Of a DNA stretch of 64,000 nt, positions 10,801 to 19,123 are shown piece after piece. The position numbers were made by a program, and so were the translations under genes. The notes below the pieces were generated by a model. That model made no database searches, was not told the origin of the DNA, and saw nothing but the letters and a program-made list of their open reading frames with translations. This stretch comes from a virus. The stretch is from positions 9,533-73,532 of IMG/VR virus record IMGVR_UViG_3300006735_000026. The stretch is one strand, 5' to 3'. The stretch's first letter is position 1. Every line of letters starts with the position of its first letter.

Positions 10801-12147
10801 TACAGTTCTACATCTACCAATTCTATTAGCACCAGACTTTACAGCATTGGTTACGTTTGGTGCCCAGTCATCATACAGATCCAAGATCTGATATGCATCT
10901 GTTACACCATCACCAGAGATTTCTGGCCAACCATATACGTCATAAATTTTGACGAAGTTACCAAGGTTGAAGTTGATAATAGCATTCTGTCTGCTCTCAA
11001 AATCCCTAGGTTTGTCTGCATCAACATACTGAGGTGTGATAAATTCGGTTCTATAACCTCTAACATATGCCTTACCAGGAGAAACCTCAAGAGAAAGTTT
11101 TCCTTCTTGTGCCAGGTTACCATCAGCAGATGTTTCGCCAGCATTGTAAACACCAGCATTGAATCCATCATTCAAATGCTCACGAGCAGTGACATCGAAT
11201 GTGTCGATAACATAGTCACCAGATTCTTCAAAAGTTCTACGAGCAAGAGACTTCTCAAGTTCGCTATACTCAGTTCTCTCAACAAAGTTTTCAATTCTGC
11301 TATTATTAATTCTAAGCAGTTCGATGAAGTCTTTATCCGCTTCATCACTAATCAGTCTCTTAACAAACTGAGTGTTAATTCTAAATCTATGACCACCAGG
11401 AGCAGAATAGTTTGATGTTCCTGCAGCGTTGTCATTCAGAGATTCATCATCTTCAGGAGTAACAATAGACTCCAGAACCTCCAGACCAACTCTGTAAGAA
11501 GGATTACTACCATACTGATCCAAGATCAGATATGAGGACGGTACATTTACAAAGTGTCCTCTAATATAATAGACACCATCACTGATATATGCAGTAGAAC
11601 CAACCGCAGTTGCATTAACAGGAAGCAACTGTGCGAAAGGAGTACCGATCTCAATAAGGGTAGATCCAAATGTAATTTCTTTATCCGCAATCAACTGTTC
11701 GTTGATTTGGAATGTATTTAATTGTGACTCAGAAGTGGTATCACCAGAGTCAATATATTTCACATACAGTGTGATATAACCACGCTCTGAAGTAGAAGCA
11801 GAGATACTATAAAGAACCTTTGCCTTAACACCTGTTGATAGACCCTCAATAATGGCACCTTCTAATTGAGCTCTATACGTTTCGACATCGCTACCAAGGA
11901 AAGACTCTTGCAGTAAGATTGCTTGCACACCCAAGTCATAACCCACCTGACCAGGGATAACCATCGCACCATCTTTGAACAAGTGCGTACCAACTGATTC
12001 TACCTGATTCTGCAGAATACTCTGCATCGTGGTAAGTTCCCTTGCCTGAATTGGAAATCCAGGTCTAAACAATACTCGATAAAAGTTCTTGTCCTTATCG
12101 AAGTCGTCGTAATAAGGTGTGACGTTTAAATTGGTATTTTGTGCCAT
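4807..12147 (-). CDS. VrlC-like / DUF4815-type virion structural protein (2446 aa)
   Basis: N-terminal NLNVTPYYDDFD...YRVLFRPGFPIQARELTTMQSILQNQ; internal RLKNGYVVDDF, ENVNPFNVF and WYDPLAQSF; C-terminal IADLRAIALA; position next to gp8. Confidence 0.85.
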   Translation of the reverse strand: MAQNTNLNVTPYYDDFDKDKNFYRVLFRPGFPIQARELTTMQSILQNQVESVGTHLFKDGAMVIPGQVGYDLGVQAILLQESFLGSDVETYRAQLEGAIIEGLSTGVKAKVLYSISASTSERGYITLYVKYIDSGDTTSESQLNTFQINEQLIADKEITFGSTLIEIGTPFAQLLPVNATAVGSTAYISDGVYYIRGHFVNVPSSYLILDQYGSNPSYRVGLEVLESIVTPEDDESLNDNAAGTSNYSAPGGHRFRINTQFVKRLISDEADKDFIELLRINNSRIENFVERTEYSELEKSLARRTFEESGDYVIDTFDVTAREHLNDGFNAGVYNAGETSADGNLAQEGKLSLEVSPGKAYVRGYRTEFITPQYVDADKPRDFESRQNAIINFNLGNFVKIYDVYGWPEISGDGVTDAYQILDLYDDWAPNVTNAVKSGANRIGRCRTVQLQKSSTALAATSPFGINPAVTGGVYDLWIYDVQMFTVLNIANAVTPYTVGTRIVGKTSGAAGYIADTGNNTHYVYIEQVNGVFSNGEILQINGRDVGTLEAAWTYQLSDTRSCFGEDGSSAIRFGANWILNDSRPIESSTIDVDQAADDELTGFRTRFEKDLRPGDVVTPTLSTFEGANTLRVKRVDPTAIGTTTVNKKGSVANNAVIFDYTSQTAALDQSLMVGTVTDGEYGEMVRMRPFIFQKDYQNGELSFDLPEDVMKSLDDESFFVYRNFASKTVTTGSITFTVPETEAFAALSSDNYVLTVIANGGSGTFANGENIDIDAQVDGGVLTASFGANNQSFTIAGLGSVATVTLTALVSKNTVAKKLKTASKMQALKVYKTFEDLIEQPTGLSFSSLYGTRVQDEEISFGVNDVYRVHAIYESYDDNDASAPYVVLTESTFFAAGTLMVGRTSGARGRVISFSNADLKLYYVSLNEIPFIQGETINGFNASNEAITGIIDDSTESIFAGSKVITDQFTLEAGQRTNFYDVSRLTRLPSTVPPTRRLLVIFDYLSHATSGDYFSAESYSGIDFKEIPLYKLDGSIKFIRDQIDFRPAVKELRNGSGTIGAPFYVNCTTFDFVSRVFDTTGGSAGSTIFDIMQVNSSFRADYSWYLPRIDKLYLSHDGKLRVSKGVSGYALIPPPHVQNSMLLATIEYKPYVFDPERDVLITTENLRRYTMKDIGDLEQRLTHVEYYTSLSMLESQADNTKTYDENGFDRLKNGYVVDDFTDHTTGDVLNQDYKCSLDFREGQLRPQHYTTNVGLQFNATSSVNVVKTNGNVVMLPYDDTAVVVQPYASRTENVNPFNVFTFIGRIDLTPASDDWIDIERLPARVENVEGDFSSVSQDLQVDQNGFAPIQWGSWQTNWTGETVTSSSRTRSASGTFGVGRQLGALGHGQRRQGLFYLHERRTVRVVNNQARQGIRTRVVPKIERRSLGDQVLSRSAIPWIRSRNIGFNVDRMKPRTRFYAFFDGVSVTNYITPKVIEIIKNSTTDSRTNETPFVVGETVIGGTSGCQLKVVAPDDGYKTNPYGKGTEVLPTSYSSQTEYLNHDITAISETVSPDYFGNVQVGELLVGQTSGAVAVVKDRRLLTDNVGNIQGCLFIPSPKNDANPRWATGTRAFRFTTSEENSKAPGAVDSSADATYSATGTLQTVRENILAVRNAEIVRDTVTEDRVVQTTRTETRQIGWYDPLAQSFIVEEEGGMFLTGVDIFFNTKDTNIPISMQIRTMENGYPTKTILPFSDVTITPDNIEISESAAVPTRFTFKAPVYIKSSVEYCFVLLSDSNEYKVWISRMGDVDVTGTRTISEQPYAGVLFKSQNASTWTADQYEDLKFTIYRANFTSTTGTVSLQNTPQGKGNNGVHRLIENPILTIKPKLVLSLGAAATQYTFSQGARLLQQTSAAQATVVSTTTSGSVSDTITVTDTSGSWLQGTANTYLVRSSEAIATMVVGSASGTLEVGDIVTGATSNAIGIVKTWDGSANLVLHYITGAFTDTESLSEPGGWSATVTSSVESGDSFGAYLTAAPTFDSDQTEVLVFHRNHGMHNRSNNVKVEGVVSEISDTTLTSALSTGATSITVANAALFHKVVNGAAISNTNPGYIQIGTELIQYSAISADGKTITVATSGRGANSTTEATHASGALVKCYNLDGIPLIDINKTHTSVSCPWLDTYMLHITGVANNGIRSGGNAVFATQNVQFETLTPSISVMDLPETDITARVNTTSATSIGNGSSSVDQASFVNDGTYAPVTLNDINLFDNPRMICSEVNELAKLSGQKSFNMQIDLSTEKSTLSPVVDLDRCSLITTTNRINQWPGGPDAYGQQSQIDTSQDVSTLPFGDQNDAVYITRLARLIRESRSLRVDFQMSRPPESEVRIYYRIFNSGTNEDVDSVGWTLMPLPLQYDSSPSEEVLWKDYYYEVSGLNFNAFQIKIVLRSSNQARIPLIADLRAIALAT

Positions 12148-13679
12148 TAGAATTCGATGACGATTTTAATATCTTCTACCTGGTCGTTTGCGCGACTGAT
12201 TGATCTTCTATTATCTATATAAACAACGTCACCGCTGTTTGACTCAATCTCGGGTTTTGCATAACCGCTATTGAATCTCATACCCAAGTCATACTCGGTA
12301 TTGTTGATAGTTCTAGAAGAAGAATTAGGAACCGCTGGGAAGTTAACATCAGGCTGACCAGCAGCACCAGATGTTGCACCATTAATAACATTGGAACCGT
12401 CAAATTCATTTTGAGTACCAGTTACCTCAGGGAAAATACCATCGGTAGCGTTTTGGTAATACTTCAAGACTTTGGTGGTGGGGTTCCACGAGATAACTCT
12501 CGCACGAGCAGTAACGTTCGTACCACCAACAACTCTAGTTTGAGTGATAATTTCATCAGGAACATAGTTACCTTGGAACGTTGGCGAGAAGATAACTGCT
12601 TTAGTAGCAGAAACCGTCAAGTCAGAAATCAATTCTGCCGTACCAAATTTTAGAGGATTTGTGATAAGACCAATACGACGATAGTCGTTATCAATCGGGA
12701 AGTCACCTGCACCCTCATCATAAGAGAGTTTAGCGTTGATCATGACACGGAAAGCGCCAATCTCTGTAACAGCATCTGCACCATGACCACCTGGGGGTGG
12801 GATGATGACATCAACTTGACCACCAGCACCAGTACCAATACCAGTAATGCTATCTACACTGATTTTACCAAAGGTATAACCAGTACCACCAGAAGTAACA
12901 GTAGCAGAAATAATCTTACCACCATCAACAACGATGGAAACACGACCACCAGTACCGTCGCCATTGATAGCAACGTTATCGTATGTGCCGTTATTATAAC
13001 CAGAACCTGCTGAGTTAATTACAACAGTGTCAATCTCACCAGCGACTGCATTTGTTTTTACCGCGTCGTTTGTGAAGACGGGCATATAATCGTTGGAGAA
13101 AAACTTGAGGACGGAAGCGACAGGGATGGTGTACATGTATTTCCAACGATATCCATCACCAGTGGTAATAATGCTAGTGGAAGTGCCAGTAGGCTCAACT
13201 GTAGAAGGTTTACCATTAGGATCAGAAGGGGATGTACCGTTATAAATGCACTTATAGACCTGATATTGTGAATTCACAACATAGAAATCAGAGTCATATA
13301 ATTTAGTAGCACCAGAGGCAGCAGTCTTTGAAGGGGAGTAATCATGACGATACATGTCATAAGTAAAACCCAGACCACCAGTAGTTTCTTCAGGGGAAAC
13401 CCAGTCAATACGACGAACAACCTGAACGGTATCCGCAGCAAGAACTCTCTTCAAAGAGATCATGTCATCATAGGAATCGGAGAATTCTCCGAATGAATCA
13501 ACTGCCTGAGGTGGCGAGTTTTCATTATCCCAAGATTGAGGTCTTCCAATGAAAAGATATAATCGATCACGATTAGCACCTGCCGCAGAATCACTCTGAG
13601 TTGCGTCAGGACCTTCCAGTGCTTTGATGAACTTTTTCGCTGAAAAAATTCTAAATTGATCAGTAAGTAGTGCTGCCAT
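12147..13679 (-). CDS. gp8: Baseplate wedge subunit gp8
   Basis: LYLFIGRPQSW, YQVYKCIYNG, GDGYRWKYMYTI and C-terminal SGDVVYIDNRRSISRANDQVEDIKIVIEF, all typical of T4-like gp8. Confidence 0.92.
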   Translation of the reverse strand: MAALLTDQFRIFSAKKFIKALEGPDATQSDSAAGANRDRLYLFIGRPQSWDNENSPPQAVDSFGEFSDSYDDMISLKRVLAADTVQVVRRIDWVSPEETTGGLGFTYDMYRHDYSPSKTAASGATKLYDSDFYVVNSQYQVYKCIYNGTSPSDPNGKPSTVEPTGTSTSIITTGDGYRWKYMYTIPVASVLKFFSNDYMPVFTNDAVKTNAVAGEIDTVVINSAGSGYNNGTYDNVAINGDGTGGRVSIVVDGGKIISATVTSGGTGYTFGKISVDSITGIGTGAGGQVDVIIPPPGGHGADAVTEIGAFRVMINAKLSYDEGAGDFPIDNDYRRIGLITNPLKFGTAELISDLTVSATKAVIFSPTFQGNYVPDEIITQTRVVGGTNVTARARVISWNPTTKVLKYYQNATDGIFPEVTGTQNEFDGSNVINGATSGAAGQPDVNFPAVPNSSSRTINNTEYDLGMRFNSGYAKPEIESNSGDVVYIDNRRSISRANDQVEDIKIVIEF

Positions 13680-13707
13680 TTCGTGTAGGTACTGTTGTCC
13701 TCCTGTT

Positions 13708-13714
13708 TATTTAT
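13708..13714 (-). promoter_or_regulatory. T4-type late promoter (ATAAATA)
   Basis: Intergenic, upstream of the AGGAGG Shine-Dalgarno and the gp8 ATG. Confidence 0.7.
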
Positions 13715-13719
13715 GTGGG

Positions 13720-16700
13720 TTACGAACGAACAATTGTCGCATATTCAATTCGTTTAATTCTATATGATGCTCCACCGTTACCATTCAGTTTCTCCCCACC
13801 AAGAATTGCATATGCTGCTGCATTTGCTCCAGTGCTATCACCGCCTGCATTGGTAAAGGTAACGGTTGGGTGTAGGTTGTAAGTACCATCAACGGTTTGT
13901 TTGATACCATAACCACCATTGGAAATAGTGATTGATGAAACCTGGTCACCCGCAGTTGTCATGTTTACAGTTCCTGTTGCTTGAATGTCTCCGACATTCT
14001 CAACTGTAACTGTTGGTGTTCCTGTATAGTTTGTACCAGCGTTTTGGATGAAGAAATCTACAACCGTGCCGTCTTGAGAGAATTCGTACAAGTATCCAGC
14101 AATACCAATATTAATGTTGCCAGTATTAAATGGAATAACGTTTTGAACCTGAAGTATAGCATTTGTAGTATCCCAAGATACCACCGTAGCTTGAACACCC
14201 GAAACATCGCCAGTGACAACTTCATTCACGCTATAATTCTGACCATTGCCAAAATTACCATCTAAGTAGATATTTAGAACAGCAGTGTGCTCAACACCTT
14301 CGCTCAGACCACCTGCTGTTGCGATACTTGCATATTTGAATGGAATGCTTGCATCTTTGATCTGATCACCAACTTGGAACAGAGTCGTGTTCTGACCACC
14401 CTGCGTTTCTTCAATACCATAAAGTGAATTAAATATCCCACCATCCAAACTAATCTGATTCTCATAATCAGTTCCAGTATTTACCAGATCAGCAATACCA
14501 TCACCCGCTCCACTATTCTCATCATCATCTTCAAACTTTCTATCCTGCAATGTGGAAACAGGTTCTGTAAGAAGAGCGATTGAATCACCTACAGACTGAA
14601 GGACCACATGAGGTTGGAATCCAGAGGGAGCACTGGATGCTACACCAGCGTCAAATTGAACAATAGCATCTTCGGTAGAAGGAATACCACCATCGATGAA
14701 TGCTAGTTCATCAACCTCAAATACGACCAAGAGTTCTCTGGTTGTTGGGTTGAAATCATAAACCTTTGCAACTTTGTTATTTGCATTCTCAACCTTTCTA
14801 ATAACCCTGTCACCAACACTGAAATTATAAGTTTGTCCAGCATCGAGAATAACTCTCTGATCATAATTGAAGTTGATACCTCTAGTCAGACCAGTAAATT
14901 TACCCGCCGCTTTGGAGGTGTATGAAATAGTCTCAGCATTCAGGATGAAGTTACCAGAACCAGGATATGCATCTGTAGAATCAACGTAGATTGTCGAGTC
15001 TGATGCAGAAACATTCTTGGTCAATCCAGTCAAATAGATATTTGAAGAATTGAATGCCTGACGAGCACGAGTCTTTCTCTTCAGATTTACTAATTTAGTA
15101 AAGATGATATTTGGTTGTGACGTATATCCTTTACCAGGATCTGTGACGTTAACACCAGTAATTTCACCCTGACTGATTATTGCTTCACCTTTAGCACCGA
15201 TACCGCCACCACCAGTGAATAGAACAAAGGGAGGTTCTTGATAGAATTCACCAGGATTTACAATACTTACACTGGTAACTCTACCTGTAGTATCTACTTC
15301 TGCCGCACCTTGAGCACCTTGTCCAGTTCCACCACCTTCAAAGATAAGAGTAGGTGGAGTTGCATACTGTCTTCCTGAATTTAATAGTGATAGACCAGTA
15401 ATTGTCTGAACAATAGGACTACCTGTTGCACCAGATCCTTCACCACCAAGAATTCTTGCTTTTGCAGGACCAAAGAATCCATCACCCTTTTTGGTCATCT
15501 TGATGTATGAAACCTGACCAGGAGCATCAGGATTCAGAACAACTTCGCCCTCAGCACCTGAAGGGAATTGATCTACTATTGCAGGGACAGTATCTCCCTC
15601 AAAGAGAGGAGCACTGTAGAATTTAGGACCAATAGCATATGGATATACAGGATTACCACTACCATCTTCAGTCATGAAGTAGGCATATGTTCCGTTCGGA
15701 TACTCAGGAGTTGGACCAAACTTACCGTTGTATTCATCCAAGGTTCCTACACTGGCATCATAGATATAATCTTCTGTAAGATCACCAAGAAGATATGCAT
15801 CTTGCACACTTCTAAGTCCTCTATCTGCATTTGCGTATGAGAACGTGTATAACGCTCTAGGTGCATCCACACGAACTGTAATTCTTAACTCTCTTGTAGT
15901 TGCATTTGCAAACTGTGAAAGATATGAGGTGTAAGTTACTTCACTACCATCAATGAAATATTGTACGCCATCACCATACACATAACTTGTAACACCAATA
16001 TTAGAAGGATCTCCTGTTGAGTGCCAGGAGTTATCCGTTGTTGATAGCAGGAATGTATCAGCATCCATGCTTGCATCATTACATTGGAAGACGTAAGTCT
16101 TACCTCTTTCCAAATTCAAGAAAGCAGGGCGAGATCCATCAAATTGATATTGACCATTTGACAGTGTTACAGCATATGTAACTGTTCCTGTTGTGCTGAC
16201 ACCAATAGTTACTCTGGCACCAGGAAGTTCATTAGTGGTTCTCAATCTGTAAGAAGAAACTTCTCTTGCAACAGCACCACTAGAATTATATCCATAAGGA
16301 CCATAGATGGGATATCCATCAAAGGACATACCCAGAACTTTTGAGTGTCCATCTACATGACGAGATTTATCAATCGTATTGGGGTTGTTGGTATCTGATT
16401 GATAGAAATTTGTGGTGTAGTAATTGTTAACAGGTGGTGTATTATCGACTGCAGAACTGAGACTGATATAACCTTCATCACCCTCATATCCAGACATATA
16501 TCTGTGATAAGCACAATGATAATAAATGCGAGAAGTTTCATCCCCATTCATTATAAACAACATCTGATACGGACTTTCATAATCAGCAGCAGGTGCTGTA
16601 GATAATCCAGTGCTGTTGTAATACAGAGCACCACCGTTTAATGTACCATCTTGAGTTGTACTTAAACGTAGTGGGTGTCCTATACCCTGTTGATTAGAAG

Positions 16701-17862
16701 AATCTGTCTGATTCCAAATAATCAGTTGATTACTCTTAACTTGAATATTTTCAGGTGCCAGATAATATTGACCAGGAACAAAGGGACCGAACTCTGCAGC
16801 ATCTGGTCCAAAATCAATATAATATACGTTCAAAGATCGGGGATCATCGGAAATTGTAAATGTAAATCCGTTTGATCCTAAACATCTATCACCATTAGAG
16901 AAAGACGCACCAGTAGATACATTTCTGAGATAGATTCGAGTAATATTATTGAGATTGTCTCTAGAGATCTTAGCAATCTCACCTCTAGCGTTACCACCAA
17001 CCTCATCAACAATACGACCAATTTCAACAGAACCCAATGTCTCATCAACATTAGAAACTGTGAGCATGATATTACCATACTCAACTTTTACATTCCAAGT
17101 AAATTGCTTGAGATCACCCCAATTAAATACACCATTATCTAATGCAAATTCATCAATTACCTTATTTGATTGATAATACCTAACATTGGATTCTGTTACT
17201 GAATCGTATGTGTCAGTATTCTTAATATAATCATATTTTACAGTATCAATAGAGAATCCTGCAGGTGATCCACCATCGGTGCCCCATTCTGGAGTATGAA
17301 GTAAACCACCATTAGATAAGATACCAATTACTTTATCTTTCTGTTCTTCACGAGCGGCAGGATTAGGTACATCTTTACCGCCACGATATATAAATGTTTG
17401 ATCAAATGTTCTATCTACAAGCGAACCACCTCCAGGTGCTGCTTCTGCCTGAGTCCAAGTGGGTTTAGGATGATTGTCAGATTGAATTCTTAATCTGTCA
17501 GTATCAGTGCTAAAAGAACCGCTGGTCGGAGAGTTTGGATGTGATTGCCAAATTCTATTGACGTTAAATGATGTCAGAACATTAGGAGTCTCTTGTTCTG
17601 GAATAATTTGTAGTCTTAATGGGTCATATCCACGACCCCTTTCAAGAACGCGAACATGAATAATTTTACCCGAATCTTCATCGATAATCGGATACAGCAA
17701 TGCTTCCTGATCAGGTGTGCCACACCCATCAATAGTTAGTCTTGGCGGATCCGAGGGACTATACCCACTACCGCCATCTTTTACTCTTACTGCGCGAACA
17801 CCGAAAATCTCGTCAAAGATTGGTTCGATGACGGCACCAGATCCAGGAACAGTTCTTGCCAT
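13720..17862 (-). CDS. Virion structural protein with split YHYH-like domain, cupredoxin-like insert and GSGY-type repeats (1380 aa)
   Basis: HSKVLGMSFDGYPIYGPYGY, LDEYNGKFGPTPEYPNGTYAYF, HPL...YYHCAYHRYM and repeated I.NPG.GY...P units. Confidence 0.8.
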   Translation of the reverse strand: MARTVPGSGAVIEPIFDEIFGVRAVRVKDGGSGYSPSDPPRLTIDGCGTPDQEALLYPIIDEDSGKIIHVRVLERGRGYDPLRLQIIPEQETPNVLTSFNVNRIWQSHPNSPTSGSFSTDTDRLRIQSDNHPKPTWTQAEAAPGGGSLVDRTFDQTFIYRGGKDVPNPAAREEQKDKVIGILSNGGLLHTPEWGTDGGSPAGFSIDTVKYDYIKNTDTYDSVTESNVRYYQSNKVIDEFALDNGVFNWGDLKQFTWNVKVEYGNIMLTVSNVDETLGSVEIGRIVDEVGGNARGEIAKISRDNLNNITRIYLRNVSTGASFSNGDRCLGSNGFTFTISDDPRSLNVYYIDFGPDAAEFGPFVPGQYYLAPENIQVKSNQLIIWNQTDSSNQQGIGHPLRLSTTQDGTLNGGALYYNSTGLSTAPAADYESPYQMLFIMNGDETSRIYYHCAYHRYMSGYEGDEGYISLSSAVDNTPPVNNYYTTNFYQSDTNNPNTIDKSRHVDGHSKVLGMSFDGYPIYGPYGYNSSGAVAREVSSYRLRTTNELPGARVTIGVSTTGTVTYAVTLSNGQYQFDGSRPAFLNLERGKTYVFQCNDASMDADTFLLSTTDNSWHSTGDPSNIGVTSYVYGDGVQYFIDGSEVTYTSYLSQFANATTRELRITVRVDAPRALYTFSYANADRGLRSVQDAYLLGDLTEDYIYDASVGTLDEYNGKFGPTPEYPNGTYAYFMTEDGSGNPVYPYAIGPKFYSAPLFEGDTVPAIVDQFPSGAEGEVVLNPDAPGQVSYIKMTKKGDGFFGPAKARILGGEGSGATGSPIVQTITGLSLLNSGRQYATPPTLIFEGGGTGQGAQGAAEVDTTGRVTSVSIVNPGEFYQEPPFVLFTGGGGIGAKGEAIISQGEITGVNVTDPGKGYTSQPNIIFTKLVNLKRKTRARQAFNSSNIYLTGLTKNVSASDSTIYVDSTDAYPGSGNFILNAETISYTSKAAGKFTGLTRGINFNYDQRVILDAGQTYNFSVGDRVIRKVENANNKVAKVYDFNPTTRELLVVFEVDELAFIDGGIPSTEDAIVQFDAGVASSAPSGFQPHVVLQSVGDSIALLTEPVSTLQDRKFEDDDENSGAGDGIADLVNTGTDYENQISLDGGIFNSLYGIEETQGGQNTTLFQVGDQIKDASIPFKYASIATAGGLSEGVEHTAVLNIYLDGNFGNGQNYSVNEVVTGDVSGVQATVVSWDTTNAILQVQNVIPFNTGNINIGIAGYLYEFSQDGTVVDFFIQNAGTNYTGTPTVTVENVGDIQATGTVNMTTAGDQVSSITISNGGYGIKQTVDGTYNLHPTVTFTNAGGDSTGANAAAYAILGGEKLNGNGGASYRIKRIEYATIVRS

Positions 17863-17865
17863 TTA

Positions 17866-19095
17866 TCAATTTACAACGTTGATAGTACCATTCATCAGAG
17901 AATGAATAGTGCATTGATAATAAAGTGTGTTGGGAGCGTCCATGGGAACAGTCCAGTAGAGAACACTAGTTCCGCTACCAGTTTGACCAGTGGTATATGC
18001 GCTTCCGCTCAAACCTTGTGTGCTTTGAATTCTGAAGGGGTGTTGCCCACCATTAACAGAGTTATCAAATGCATAAGTAAACCCTCTATGTACATAGACT
18101 GTAGGGTCATCTTGTGTGGTTGGGAATCCAGGACCACTGAATGTGAAGTGATTGGCACCATTAGCACCAATTTCCCACCAAGTAATAGGACTTCTAACAA
18201 CTGTCCATTGAGTTCCGTTATAGAACAACGAATCACCCTGTACAATACCAGTTACATCCGTGTCTGTCAGAGCAGCAAGGGTTGTAGGAATAGTACCATC
18301 AAAATTAATTGTTAAAACATCACCTGTTACTGAGGTTGCGATGTTTGTACCACCAGAAATCGTGAGACTATCTGTAACGGAATTTGCTGTAGTGCTACCA
18401 GTATCACCAGAGAATGTAGCAAACAGATTTTGATCTGCTCCACCGCCTCCACCGCCTGTTTGATCAGCAGGAACCCAATTGCTACCGTTCCAAGCAAGAA
18501 CTTGATCGGCAGTTGGTGCTGATGTTGTAGTATCTACATCACTCAGAAGATTAATACTAGAATATTCTGTAAGAAGTTTTACTCTAGTATCGCCAACACC
18601 ACCAGCGGTGATATTCATATTCACATAAGGATTATCATCACCATCAACAGTGAAGTAATAACCCGTATAGGATGCTGCTGCTGGTGCGTTACCAAGAGCA
18701 GAATATTCATTTTTGTACTGAACTTTTGTAGGGAAGTCAATAACACCAGTTGAACCGTTAAAGGTATTAACGATACTTCCGTTACTAACAGTAAAGTTTC
18801 CAGTTCCGTTGGGAGTAATGGCAATATTCCCGTTGGCAGAAGATACAATATTGTTACCGTTAACATCCAGGTTAGCAGTAAGGTTTGTATAGTCAGAAGG
18901 TAAGAACGTCGTTCCGTTATACCTTAAGACTTGCCCTACAGCAGGATTGGTAACACTAACTGTTAAGTTAGTGCCGTTCCCTAATGCAGCATATACTTCA
19001 TTGAAGTTGTCATTGATCTTGTCACCACCGACTCGTAGGGTATCACCTGTGTTATCATTAGCGGAGGTTCCAAGACCGAGTGTTTGTTTAGCCAT
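17866..19095 (-). CDS. Baseplate protein with gp9/gp10-like N-terminus and C-terminal cupredoxin-like domain (409 aa)
   Basis: MAKQTLGLGTSANDNTGDTLRVGGDKINDNFNEVY is the gp9/10 N-terminal motif; L..L.DVD fibre repeats; C-terminal HPF...YYQCTIHSLMNGTINV. Confidence 0.8.
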   Translation of the reverse strand: MAKQTLGLGTSANDNTGDTLRVGGDKINDNFNEVYAALGNGTNLTVSVTNPAVGQVLRYNGTTFLPSDYTNLTANLDVNGNNIVSSANGNIAITPNGTGNFTVSNGSIVNTFNGSTGVIDFPTKVQYKNEYSALGNAPAAASYTGYYFTVDGDDNPYVNMNITAGGVGDTRVKLLTEYSSINLLSDVDTTTSAPTADQVLAWNGSNWVPADQTGGGGGGADQNLFATFSGDTGSTTANSVTDSLTISGGTNIATSVTGDVLTINFDGTIPTTLAALTDTDVTGIVQGDSLFYNGTQWTVVRSPITWWEIGANGANHFTFSGPGFPTTQDDPTVYVHRGFTYAFDNSVNGGQHPFRIQSTQGLSGSAYTTGQTGSGTSVLYWTVPMDAPNTLYYQCTIHSLMNGTINVVN

Positions 19096-19115
19096 TACTC
19101 GTAGGAATTTTTAGT

Positions 19116-19123
19116 TATTTATA
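19116..19123 (-). promoter_or_regulatory. T4 late promoter (TATAAATA)
   Basis: Exact T4 late consensus overlapping the gp7 stop, 21 bp upstream of the next ATG. Confidence 0.8.

Noticed and set aside
4807-12147. VrlC label implying a virulence factor
   Set aside because: The name is historical; context and motifs indicate a baseplate-associated structural protein
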